A stretch of DNA of 64,000 bases from an uncultured Verrucomicrobia subdivision 3 bacterium (lineage in GTDB: Bacteria; Verrucomicrobiota; Verrucomicrobiia; Limisphaerales; UBA11358): NCBI GenBank assembly GCA_903895255.1, contig CAITTG010000035.1, forward strand, positions 26,714 through 90,713. The letters run 5' to 3'. The translations under genes were made by a program, and so were the position numbers. Numbering within the stretch: the first letter of the stretch is position 1; every line of letters starts with the position of its first letter. A model generated the notes under the pieces. The model saw only the letters and a list, made by a program, of their open reading frames with translations. It had not been told where the DNA came from and made no database searches. Positions 1-8,323 of the stretch are shown here, piece by piece.

Positions 1-1591
1 GCACGCTCACGTAGCTGGCCCCGGCGGCGTACAAGGCCGGCACCTGTTCCAGCAGTTCCGCGTGCACGATGATGACGGCGCCGGGGTTCAACTCGCGCAA
101 TTGCCGCAGCATCTTGAGATTATCCGCGCCCTTGAGGACAGTGTTGGGCAGGGTGCAAATGATGAACTCCGCCTTGCCCACGCCGGCATGGTGCAGCACA
201 TCCCTTTGGGTGATGTCGCCATAGACCGCCGGCACCCCGCGCCGGTTCAGGCGTTCATGGACCACGGGGTTGAAATCAATGACCACCAGTTCGGCCAGCA
301 AGTCCGGGCGGTTCCGGTGGATTTCCTCGAGCAGCGAGCTGGCCGTCCACGAAAACCCCAGCAGGCAGATGCGCCGGGGCCGGGTGACAAGGTCGGTCTC
401 CCCGGGGATGGCGGTAAGGTCGCGGAAACCCAGCCAGTTCAACACCGGCCCGATACCCCGCAGCAACGTCTCATTACCGAGGATGGCGTAGGTGGACCCG
501 ATCGCGAGAAACGCAAACGCAAAGGCGGCGATGCCAACCGTCCGGTCGGACACATCCCCGCTCGCGTGACCGAGGGCCAGGAGCACCAGCGAAAGCTCGC
601 TCATCTGGCTGAGATTGATCGTGGGCAGCAGGCTGATGCGATAGCCCTGACGCATGAAGTAGAGCGCGGGAAAAATCGTGAGGAACCGGCTGGCCACCAG
701 GAACAGGCTCATTCCCAGCGCCCACCACAGGAAGCCCCAAGTGGGCAGGGGAATGGCCATGCCCAGGCCCACGAAAAACAGCGTGATGAAAAAATCCCGC
801 AGGCTGGTGACCTTGGCCACCACATCCAGGGTGTAGGGAAAGGTCGAAACCATCATGCCGGCAATCAGCGCGCCCATGGCGGGTGACAGTTTCAAGTACG
901 ACGCAAACCCCGCCAGGGCAAAGCACCAGGCCAGTGCCCCCACCAACACCAGTTCCGGCAGCCGGGCCACCGACCGGAAGACGGGCGGCAGCACAAACCG
1001 GCTGGCCAGAAACGCCGCCGATACCAGCACCACCACATGGACCAGCGCCACCGCCATCAGGCCGGCCGCGGGATGCTTGAGGTTGGGCTGGAGGGCCAGG
1101 AAGAGGATCGTGGCCATGTCCTGCAGCACCATCACGCCCACCGTGATCCGGCCGGCGAGGGTTTCCAGCTCCCGCTTGTCATACAGGATTTTGACAATGA
1201 TGACCGTGCTGCTCATCGCCGCCGCCACCGCCAGGTACAACGCCTCCAGATGATTCCGCACCGGTCCCAGAAAATTAAACACGAGGCAGCCCAGCGCCAC
1301 GCCGCCGAGGATTTGCGCGAGGGCAGCGAGGGTGATCACCCGGCCGGCGCTGAGCATTTTTTTGAGGTCAATTTCCAGCCCGATCATGAAGAGCATCAGG
1401 GACAAGCCCAGGCTGGAAATGGTTTCAATGGCGTCCTGGTCCGGCACCCAGGCCAGGGCGTGCGGGCCGATGAGAAAGCCCGCCACCAGATAGGCCAGCA
1501 GCAGGGGTTGGCGGGCGAGTTGCGAAATCACCGCCACCACCCATGCGGCAATAATGCAAATGGCGATGTCCGTTACGAGACCTTGTTCCAT
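1..1591 (-). CDS. Kef-type monovalent cation:proton antiporter with C-terminal TrkA-N/RCK domain (C-terminus runs off the left edge)
   Basis: Absent from the ORF track because it is open at the window edge. My own translation from the ATG at 1591-1589 gives MEQGLVTDIAICIIAAWVVAVISQLARQPLLLAYLVAGFLIGPHALAWVPD... (multi-TM exchanger) followed by RICLLGFSWTASSLLEEI...VVIDFNP (Rossmann/RCK), with no stop down to position 1. The + strand ORFs 62-886, 855-1253 and 1037-1825 are its antisense shadows. Confidence 0.8.
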   Translation of the reverse strand, partial: MEQGLVTDIAICIIAAWVVAVISQLARQPLLLAYLVAGFLIGPHALAWVPDQDAIETISSLGLSLMLFMIGLEIDLKKMLSAGRVITLAALAQILGGVALGCLVFNFLGPVRNHLEALYLAVAAAMSSTVIIVKILYDKRELETLAGRITVGVMVLQDMATILFLALQPNLKHPAAGLMAVALVHVVVLVSAAFLASRFVLPPVFRSVARLPELVLVGALAWCFALAGFASYLKLSPAMGALIAGMMVSTFPYTLDVVAKVTSLRDFFITLFFVGLGMAIPLPTWGFLWWALGMSLFLVASRFLTIFPALYFMRQGYRISLLPTINLSQMSELSLVLLALGHASGDVSDRTVGIAAFAFAFLAIGSTYAILGNETLLRGIGPVLNWLGFRDLTAIPGETDLVTRPRRICLLGFSWTASSLLEEIHRNRPDLLAELVVIDFNPVVHERLNRRGVPAVYGDITQRDVLHHAGVGKAEFIICTLPNTVLKGADNLKMLRQLRELNPGAVIIVHAELLEQVPALYAAGASYVSV

Positions 1592-1758
1592 GCTCAAATC
1601 AAGTTAAGCCAGCGGCCGGGTTTCCGTCGAGCAGCGAATCCGGCATTGATGCCTGGCGGCACGTTTCCAGCAACGGCTTTGGCCAGCCAAATCCATCTGC
1701 CCGCGGTGGATTTGGCGGTGAATCATTTTCCAAATTGTCACTTGCTTTTTGGCCTTGC

Positions 1759-1776
1759 TTGTGAAAAATTTCACAT
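1759..1776 (+). promoter_or_regulatory. Rex-type (or CRP-type) operator palindrome TTGTGAA-AAAT-TTCACAT
   Basis: Perfect TGTGAA/TTCACA inverted half-sites with a 4-nt spacer, 7 nt upstream of the ATG at 1783. A rex gene is present at 16302-16934. Confidence 0.45.
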
Positions 1777-1782
1777 ACTCTT

Positions 1783-2871
1783 ATGGCACACGTCAAATTG
1801 CACATTCCGGGACCCGTCGAAGTGAGCGAAAAAACGTTTAAAGCGTTTTGCTCGCCCATGATTGGTCATCGCGGCCAGGGTTTTAAAGACCTCTACGCCA
1901 AAATCCAACCCCAGCTCCAGCAGTTGCTCCACACCAAACAACTGGTGTACCTCAGCACCTCCTCCGCCTGGGGCGTGATGGAAGGGGCCGTGCGCAATCT
2001 GGTGCACAAGAAAGTGCTGAACTGCATGTGCGGTGCGTTCTCCGACAAGTGGTTTGACGTCTCCAAGAAATGCGGCAAGCAGGCCGAGGCCCTCCAGGTG
2101 GAATGGGGTTCCCCGATTCGCGCGGCCCTCATTGATGCCAAGCTGGCCACCGGCGAGTTTGACGCGCTGACGCTGATCCACAACGAGACCTCCACCGGCA
2201 CCATGAGCCCGCTGACGGAAATCGCCGCGCTCAAGAAAAAATATCCGGACGTCACGTTCATCGTGGACGCCGTCAGCTCGCTGACCGCGCTGCCCATCAA
2301 GTTTGATGAGCTGGGCATCGATGTGCTGCTGGCCGGCACCCAAAAAGCCTTCGCCCTCCCGCCCGGGCTGGCGGTTTTTGTCGCCTCGCCGGCCGCGCTG
2401 GCCAAGGCCGCGCTGGCCAAGGACCGGGGCTACTATTTCGACTTCGTCGAATTTCAAAAGAACGCCGAGCAAAGCATGACGCCCAGCACGCCGAGCATCA
2501 GCCACATTTACGCGCTGTCCTCGAAGCTGGACGAGTTCTTCGCCGAGGGCCTGGAGGCCCGCTATGCCCGTCACGCGCGCACCAATCAAATGACCCGCGA
2601 CTGGGCGGCCAAGCACGGCTTCCTGCTGTATCCGGAAAAGGGCTATGAATCCGTCACCCTCACCTGCGTGAGCAATGGCGCGCGCGCCGGTGGCCGCGTG
2701 GTGGATGTGGCGAAGCTGCAAAAGCTGGTCAAAGACCAGGGCTTTCTGATCGATGGCGGCTACGGCAAAATCAAGGGCACCACGTTCCGGCTCTCCAACA
2801 TGGGCGACGAAACCGAGGCCACCATGAACCAGCTCTACGCCGCGCTGGACAAGGCCATGGCCCAACTCTGA
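1783..2871 (+). CDS. Class V aminotransferase (serine-pyruvate / alanine-glyoxylate aminotransferase family)
   Basis: 362 aa. N-terminal HIPGPVEVSEKT..., then NETSTGT, and VDAVSSL...AGTQKAF (PLP-Lys context typical of AGXT/SGAT-type enzymes). Followed by a terminator. Confidence 0.85.
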   Translation: MAHVKLHIPGPVEVSEKTFKAFCSPMIGHRGQGFKDLYAKIQPQLQQLLHTKQLVYLSTSSAWGVMEGAVRNLVHKKVLNCMCGAFSDKWFDVSKKCGKQAEALQVEWGSPIRAALIDAKLATGEFDALTLIHNETSTGTMSPLTEIAALKKKYPDVTFIVDAVSSLTALPIKFDELGIDVLLAGTQKAFALPPGLAVFVASPAALAKAALAKDRGYYFDFVEFQKNAEQSMTPSTPSISHIYALSSKLDEFFAEGLEARYARHARTNQMTRDWAAKHGFLLYPEKGYESVTLTCVSNGARAGGRVVDVAKLQKLVKDQGFLIDGGYGKIKGTTFRLSNMGDETEATMNQLYAALDKAMAQL

Positions 2872-2887
2872 TCTCCGTTTATCCCAG

Positions 2888-2925
2888 CGGCGGCGGCTCT
2901 CTTCCCGAGACCGCCGCCGTTTTTT
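2888..2925 (+). terminator. Rho-independent terminator
   Basis: Stem CGGCGGCGG (2888-2896) / CCGCCGCCG (2911-2919) followed by TTTTTT (2920-2925), 17 nt after the stop codon. Confidence 0.7.
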
Positions 2926-3010
2926 GTGTCCGTGGCTGGCGGTTGCCATTTCGCAACCGGCTCCACGATCCGTCACTTCCACCGGCCATTCCCGCCTCCA
3001 ACCGGCGGCA

Positions 3011-3040
3011 TTGACACATCCCTGATTAGGAGCCTATACT
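3011..3040 (+). promoter_or_regulatory. Sigma70-like promoter for the encapsulin operon
   Basis: TTGACA (3011-3016), 18-nt spacer, TATACT (3035-3040). This implies a leader of roughly 260 nt before the ATG at 3305. Confidence 0.45.
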
Positions 3041-3304
3041 AACACCTATCAATCGGTTGGTCCGAGAGCGGAGAGACTGCCAAGTTATCCGCCCGGGCAA
3101 AGCCTGCCGCATTGATTTCTTAGCCAACTGACCGGTCAACCGGAGGTTCGCACAAAATGCCCTGCATTTATGTGGAACAACTGCGTTTGCATTGATCGGT
3201 TCGCCAGCCCGGAAAAGCCTCTTTCCGGTGCTGTGACTGTCCCATGCCAGTTAATCCTCAGGGTGCGCGCGTATCGTTCCTTTTAACCTCCCCCCATTAA
3301 ATAT

Positions 3305-4270
3305 ATGCCTAACGAACCCCTTGAACCTCACTTGAGCCTCAGTGCCGCAGCGGCACGCAACCTTGCCACCGCGACGGTAACCGTCCCGCAAATCACCGAT
3401 ATCACGCCGCGCTGGCTGCACAAACTTCTGCCTTGGATCGATGTGGATGGTGGTGTGTACCGCGTCAACCGCGTGGCCAAGGCGGCCAAGGGCAAGCCGG
3501 CGAATGAATATGGCGAGGTCAAGGTGGACCTCCTCACCTCGGCTGCCGGCGAACCCAAGCTGCCCACCACCTTCGTGGATTACGAGGAAGACCCCCGCGA
3601 ATATCACCTGAGCACCATTCAAACGGTGTTGCGCACGCACACGCGCGTCACGGATCTTTACAGCAACAAAATTGACCAGTTGCGCGAGCAAATCCGCCTC
3701 ACGGTGGAAGCGGTGAAGGAACGCGAGGAATGGGAACTGCTCAACAACGCCGAATTCGGTTTGCTGAACGAAGTCAGCAAGACCCAAACCATTCAGACCC
3801 GCAAAGGCGCGCCCACGCCCGATGATTTGGATGAACTCCTCAGCTTGGTCTGGAAAAAGCCCGCTTTCTTTCTAGCCCATCCCAAGGCCATTGTCGCCTT
3901 CGGTCGCGAATGCACCCGCCGGGGCGTGCCGCCGCCCACGGTGCATTTGTTCGGCTCACCCTTCCTCACCTGGCGCGGAGTGCCCTTGATTCCCACAAAC
4001 AAGCTGGAAGTGAACGCCAAGTCCGCCACCACGAGCATTCTGTTGCTGCGCGTCGGCGAAGCCGAGCAGGGCGTGGTCGGTTTGCAAAAGACCGGCGTCA
4101 CCGGGGAAGTCGAACCCGGGCTCTCGGTGCGTTACATGGGCACGAATGAAAATTCCATCGCCTCCCACCTGGTCACCCGTTATTTTTCCGCGAGCGTGCT
4201 GACCACGGATGCCATTGCCCGCCTGGATAACGTCGCCGTGAACCTCTATCATGAGTACGACCGGAAATAA
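3305..4270 (+). CDS. Family 2A encapsulin shell protein (SrpI / mycobacterial MMP-I-like, HK97-fold, no cNMP-binding insert)
   Basis: 321 aa with blocks ITPRWLHKLLPW, GVYRVNRV, FVDYEEDPREYHL, GAPTPDDLDELL, FFLAHPKAIVAFGRECTRRGVPPP, FLTWRGVPLIP, GLSVRYMG, LDNVAVNLYHEY. These match my recollection of Family 2 encapsulins. It overlaps the desulfurase cargo gene by 20 nt. Confidence 0.85.
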   Translation: MPNEPLEPHLSLSAAAARNLATATVTVPQITDITPRWLHKLLPWIDVDGGVYRVNRVAKAAKGKPANEYGEVKVDLLTSAAGEPKLPTTFVDYEEDPREYHLSTIQTVLRTHTRVTDLYSNKIDQLREQIRLTVEAVKEREEWELLNNAEFGLLNEVSKTQTIQTRKGAPTPDDLDELLSLVWKKPAFFLAHPKAIVAFGRECTRRGVPPPTVHLFGSPFLTWRGVPLIPTNKLEVNAKSATTSILLLRVGEAEQGVVGLQKTGVTGEVEPGLSVRYMGTNENSIASHLVTRYFSASVLTTDAIARLDNVAVNLYHEYDRK

Positions 4271-5999
4271 TCTGTCGCCCAGTCTGGCGCCAGCCGAAGC
4301 GCCGGCGGAGCCCGCGCATTCGGACCTGGTCGCCCGCCTGGTGGCGGAGGCTTTTTCGGAAATCAGCCGGCCGCCCCGGCAGGTGACCGCGTTGCCCTCC
4401 GCACCCGCCGGTTTGACCACCAGCCTGCCAGGGACCGGCGGTTTGCCCGGAATCTCCGCCCCCGCCTCAGCGGGTGGTGTGCCTCCCGTGCATCCCTCGG
4501 CCCAGCCGGAAGCGCCCAAGCTGAGCCCGGTGGAGCCCACGACCTCTGGTGGTCACGCGGCGGATTCCGAGGACGCTTATGCTTTCGGCGAACCGCGCTG
4601 CAATGGCAACTTGCTGCAAAGCAAAAAGCCCGAAACCAAGCCCGCGGCCAGTAATCCGCTGGCCTCGCTTGGCGGGGCGGAGACCGCCACGCCGCCCGAA
4701 TTTTATTTCCTGCGCGGGGGCGAGCTTCCGGGGAAACTGCCCCAGCAGACCACGGGTCATGCCAAAACCGCCACCCCCGTGCCGTCCTTCGATGTCGAAG
4801 GGGTGCGGCGGGACTTTCCCGCCTTGCATCAACACGTCCATGGCAAACCGTTGATCTGGCTGGACAACGCCGCGACCACGCACAAACCGCAGGCGGTGAT
4901 TGACGCAACCTCGCAGTTCTACGCGCGCGATAACTCCAATATTCACCGGGCGGCCCACGCCCTGGCGGCGCGCTCCACCGAGTTGTTTGAGTCGGGCCGG
5001 GAAAAAGTTCGCAAATTCCTCGGGGCGGGGGATGCGAAGGAAATCGTTTTTGTGCGCGGCACCACCGAGGCCATCAACCTGGTGGCGAACAGTTACGGCC
5101 GCCAGCACATTGGCGCCGGGGACGAAATCATCCTGTCCGAACTGGAACACCACGCGAACATCGTCCCCTGGCAGTTGCTCGCGCAGCAGACCGGGGCGGT
5201 CATCAAAGTCATTCCCATCAATGACCGCGGCGAGTTAATTCTGGAAGAGTACGTCAAGTTGTTGAGCGGCCGCACCCGGTTTGTATCCGTGGCGCATGTT
5301 TCCAATTCCCTGGGCACCATCAATCCCGTGGAACAAATCATCGCGCTGGCCCACGCCCGGGGCGTGCCGGTGCTGATCGACGGCGCGCAGTCCACGCCGC
5401 ATATTCCCATCAATGTCACGGCGCTCGATGCCGATTTCTTCGTCTTCTCCGCGCACAAGATTTTTGGTCCCACGGGCATCGGCGCCCTGTACGGCAAGGC
5501 GGCCTTGCTGGAGTCCATGCCGCCCTGGCAGGGCGGGGGACACATGATCCGCGATGTGCGGTTTGAAAAGACTGAATATCAAAACGCCCCGGAAAAGTTC
5601 GAGGCGGGCACCCCGGACATCGCCGGCGTGGTGGGTTTGGGCGCGGCGATTGATTATTTGTTTCAAGTCGGCATTCCTGCCATCGCCGCTTACGAACACT
5701 CACTGCTGGAATACGCCACACAAGCCCTGGCCACCATACCCGGCCTGCGTCCCATTGGCACGGCGGCGAACAAGGCCAGCGTGCTGTCTTTTGTGATTCC
5801 CGGTTTGAACAATCAAGCGGTGGCCAAACATCTGGACAAGCACGGGATTGCCGTGCGGGCCGGCCACCACTGCGCCCAGCCGGCCCAGCGGCATTTTGGC
5901 CTGGAAAGCACCGTTCGCCCGTCGCTCGCGTTTTACAACACGCGCGCGGAAGTGGACACCCTCGTGCGCGTGCTGCATCATCTGCGGCGTCAGCCCTAA
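4251..5999 (+). CDS. Cysteine desulfurase (SufS/CsdA-type) with long disordered N-terminal encapsulin cargo-loading domain
   Basis: 582 aa. The first ~180 aa are Pro/Ala/Ser/Gly-rich and low complexity, with DLVARLVAEAFSE near the N-terminus. A class V fold follows: LDNAATTHKP, SAHKIFGPTGIGALYG (PLP Lys), RAGHHCAQP (catalytic Cys loop). Confidence 0.9.
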   Translation: MSTTGNNLSPSLAPAEAPAEPAHSDLVARLVAEAFSEISRPPRQVTALPSAPAGLTTSLPGTGGLPGISAPASAGGVPPVHPSAQPEAPKLSPVEPTTSGGHAADSEDAYAFGEPRCNGNLLQSKKPETKPAASNPLASLGGAETATPPEFYFLRGGELPGKLPQQTTGHAKTATPVPSFDVEGVRRDFPALHQHVHGKPLIWLDNAATTHKPQAVIDATSQFYARDNSNIHRAAHALAARSTELFESGREKVRKFLGAGDAKEIVFVRGTTEAINLVANSYGRQHIGAGDEIILSELEHHANIVPWQLLAQQTGAVIKVIPINDRGELILEEYVKLLSGRTRFVSVAHVSNSLGTINPVEQIIALAHARGVPVLIDGAQSTPHIPINVTALDADFFVFSAHKIFGPTGIGALYGKAALLESMPPWQGGGHMIRDVRFEKTEYQNAPEKFEAGTPDIAGVVGLGAAIDYLFQVGIPAIAAYEHSLLEYATQALATIPGLRPIGTAANKASVLSFVIPGLNNQAVAKHLDKHGIAVRAGHHCAQPAQRHFGLESTVRPSLAFYNTRAEVDTLVRVLHHLRRQP

Positions 6000-6005
6000 A
6001 CGCCT

Positions 6006-6542
6006 ATGAACGCCATTTCGCCCACCGCCCTCCAGTCATTGCTGCTGGCCAACCCCCGGCTGCCCTTGGTTGACGTGCGCACGCCCGTGGAGTTTGCCGA
6101 GGTGCATGTGCCCGCGGCGCGCAACGAGCCGCTGGACCGGTTCGACCCGGCCCAGTTGTTTGGCCCCGGTGGCCTGCCGAAAGACCAGCCGGTTTATATC
6201 CTGTGCCGCTCGGGTGCCCGGGCGGCCAAGGCGGCGGACAAAATGGTCCGGGCGGGTCTCACCAATGGCGTGGTCGTCACCGGCGGCACGCTGGCCTGGC
6301 AGGAGGCTGGTCTGCCGGTGGAGCGGGGAACGGTGAAAGTCATCAGCCTCGAACGCCAGGTCCGCATCGTCGCGGGTTCGCTGGTGGTGACCGGCGTGGT
6401 CCTCGCCCAACTGGTGAACCCCTGGTTCATTGGGCTCTCCGCGTTCGTCGGGGCCGGGCTGGTGTTTGCCGGCATCACGGATTTTTGTGGCATGGGACTC
6501 TTGCTCGCCCGCCTGCCTTGGAACAGCCGGAAACCGAGCTGA
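6006..6542 (+). CDS. Rhodanese-domain sulfurtransferase with C-terminal DUF2892/YgaP-like membrane tail
   Basis: 178 aa. Active-site loop ILCRSGARA (CxxxxR). The C-terminal hydrophobic segment VVTGVVLAQL...GAGLVFAGITDFCGMGLLL is typical of YgaP-type proteins. Confidence 0.85.
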   Translation: MNAISPTALQSLLLANPRLPLVDVRTPVEFAEVHVPAARNEPLDRFDPAQLFGPGGLPKDQPVYILCRSGARAAKAADKMVRAGLTNGVVVTGGTLAWQEAGLPVERGTVKVISLERQVRIVAGSLVVTGVVLAQLVNPWFIGLSAFVGAGLVFAGITDFCGMGLLLARLPWNSRKPS

Positions 6543-6589
6543 AACCGGCGGACCAAGTTACCGGTACTTTTTCTTAGATTGCCTGCTGC

Positions 6590-7507
6590 ATGCACAAAAT
6601 CCTGAGTCTCTACGTGCCCGAATTGCTCGCCTCCTACGAGCGGGTGGGCGGTTTGAACAACCGCGATTCGCACAACATGCCCTCCAAACGCGCGGTCGGC
6701 CAGATTTGTGAGGACCTGCTCCAGTTGCTCTTTCCCGGGTTTCACGATGACGATGCGGTGCATCACGGCTCGCTGGCCGACCTCACCACCGAGCGGCTCG
6801 CCCGGGTGGTGGCCCGCCTGACCGACCAGGTGCGCAAAAGCGTCCGCATCGGCGATCCGAAAAAGCCCACCGGCAAAACGCCGCCCATCATCGAGCAGTT
6901 CTGCAAAGCCCTGCCCGAAGTGCGGGAACTTCTTCGCACCGACATCGAGGCCGCCTTTGAAGGGGATCCGGCGGCGCTGGTGCGCGAGGAAATCATTGTC
7001 TCCTATCCCTTCATTGAAGCCATCGGCATTCAGCGCCTCGCCCACCGGTTGCACCGTTTGGGCGCGCCGTTCATCCCGCGCATGATGACCGAATGGGCGC
7101 ATGGGCGCACCGGCATTGACATCCATCCCGGAGCCGAGATCGGCACGCATTTCTTCATTGATCATGGCACGGGTGTGGTGGTCGGCGAGACCTGTGTGAT
7201 TGGCAACCACGTGAAGCTGTATCACGGCGTCACCCTCGGCGCCCGCAGTTTTGTGAAAGATGGGGCCGGGCATATTGTCAAAGGCGGCAAGCGCCATCCC
7301 AATGTGCAGGACCACGTTACCATCTATCCCAACTCCACCATCCTGGGCGGCGAGACCGTCATCGGCGCCCATTCCACCATCGGCGCGAATGTGTTCCTGA
7401 TGCAAAGTGTCCCGCCGCATTCACTGGTGGTGTATGAGGAAACGCAACTGAGCATCCGTAGCAAGCTCGCCAAAAGCCAGGCCGAGGGTTTTGACTGGAC
7501 GATTTAG
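6590..7507 (+). CDS. cysE: Serine O-acetyltransferase
   Basis: 305 aa. Has an N-terminal SATase helical domain, then left-handed beta-helix hexapeptide repeats GIDIHPGAEIGTHFFIDHGTGVVVGETCVIGNHVKLYHGVTLG. Confidence 0.85.
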   Translation: MHKILSLYVPELLASYERVGGLNNRDSHNMPSKRAVGQICEDLLQLLFPGFHDDDAVHHGSLADLTTERLARVVARLTDQVRKSVRIGDPKKPTGKTPPIIEQFCKALPEVRELLRTDIEAAFEGDPAALVREEIIVSYPFIEAIGIQRLAHRLHRLGAPFIPRMMTEWAHGRTGIDIHPGAEIGTHFFIDHGTGVVVGETCVIGNHVKLYHGVTLGARSFVKDGAGHIVKGGKRHPNVQDHVTIYPNSTILGGETVIGAHSTIGANVFLMQSVPPHSLVVYEETQLSIRSKLAKSQAEGFDWTI

Positions 7508-7625
7508 CGCTACCGCCGGACGGGGGAGCGCCGGCTTACACCGTCCGATACCTCCAACCCACTCACGACGCAGACCAAACCTTCCAAGCTTCAATGAACT
7601 TTTTAAAACGCGCCACGTTGAGGGT

Positions 7626-7922
7626 TCACAAATGCCGGGACGTGTCCATGCGCTCGTGTAAAATGCGCACGACATAAATCGTGTCCTCAATCGTGCGGTA
7701 ATAAATCCGGTGATGCCCAACTGCCAGGACCTTAACGGTTGGTTTCACGGAAGGACGGCCGGCGGAAGGATTCTGCAAAATAACGTGCAGCGCACCGTTG
7801 ATCCTGGCGCGGTATTTTGCCAGTTGCGATTCACCCCATGTGGTGAGCGTGTAGGCGAGAATGTCTCGAAAATCAGCTTTGGCCTGCGCTGCCAGCTGAA
7901 GGCGGTGTCTAGGGGATGACAT
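7626..7922 (-). CDS. parE: ParE/RelE-family type II toxin
   Basis: Trimmed from track ORF 7626-8165 to the ATG at 7922 (MSSPRHRLQLAAQAKADFRDIL...HHRIYYRTIEDTIYVVRILHERMD). Overlaps the antitoxin stop by 14 nt. Confidence 0.8.
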   Translation of the reverse strand: MSSPRHRLQLAAQAKADFRDILAYTLTTWGESQLAKYRARINGALHVILQNPSAGRPSVKPTVKVLAVGHHRIYYRTIEDTIYVVRILHERMDTSRHL

Positions 7923-8190
7923 CCGGATTGGTCGGCAGGTTGGTGGCGGCCTGTGTTCGCGCCTCCTGCTCGATCTCTTTGAGCAAATCCGGTGTGTAAG
8001 CAACCGTGCGGCCGGCGGCGATATCGCGGTCGCCAATGTCCAGTGCGGCCAGCAGCCGGCCATGCTGATCATCCTGCTCGCGCATGCGTCGAACGGCATC
8101 GCGCACCATTTCTGTGGCGTTGCTGTAATACCCGCTTTCGACCTTGGTTTTGATATAGCCGGCATCCACCGGCGGGAAGTTTATGTTCAT
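7909..8190 (-). CDS. parD: ParD-family (RHH) type II antitoxin
   Basis: 93 aa, MNINFPPVDAGYIKTKVESGYYSNATEMVRDAVRRMRE..., the typical ParD/CC2985 signature. Lies immediately upstream of, and overlapping, the toxin gene. Confidence 0.8.
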   Translation of the reverse strand: MNINFPPVDAGYIKTKVESGYYSNATEMVRDAVRRMREQDDQHGRLLAALDIGDRDIAAGRTVAYTPDLLKEIEQEARTQAATNLPTNPDVIP

Positions 8191-8323
8191 TATGCCGCGT
8201 ATTTGATTAAACCATGCACATATTTATGGCATAATCCATGCATCCTGGCAATGGCGGGAATTAATGGTCCTGCAAAGGTAATCCGTTGCCAAGGCTTTCG
8301 GGCGTATCCGCGCCGATCCGAGA

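Noticed and set aside
62-1825. Plus-strand ORFs 62-886, 270-491, 855-1253, 883-1080 and 1037-1825
   Set aside because: They are Arg/Gly/His/Pro-rich low-complexity translations, typical of antisense frames in GC-rich DNA. The minus strand encodes a clean Kef-type antiporter across the whole interval.
1771-2982. 403-aa minus-strand ORF
   Set aside because: Antisense to the well-supported class V aminotransferase. Its composition (runs of G/R/A/H) has no domain-like features.
2872-3304. Possible SAM or other known riboswitch upstream of the encapsulin gene
   Set aside because: I looked for SAM-I core blocks (GAGGGA, UGGCCCGAUGAA, AAAUCCAGC) and T-box or other familiar cores on both strands and found none. 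The region is kept only as an unclassified long leader.
6194-7420. 408-aa minus-strand ORF
   Set aside because: Antisense shadow spanning the rhodanese and cysE genes, which both have clear catalytic motifs on the plus strand.
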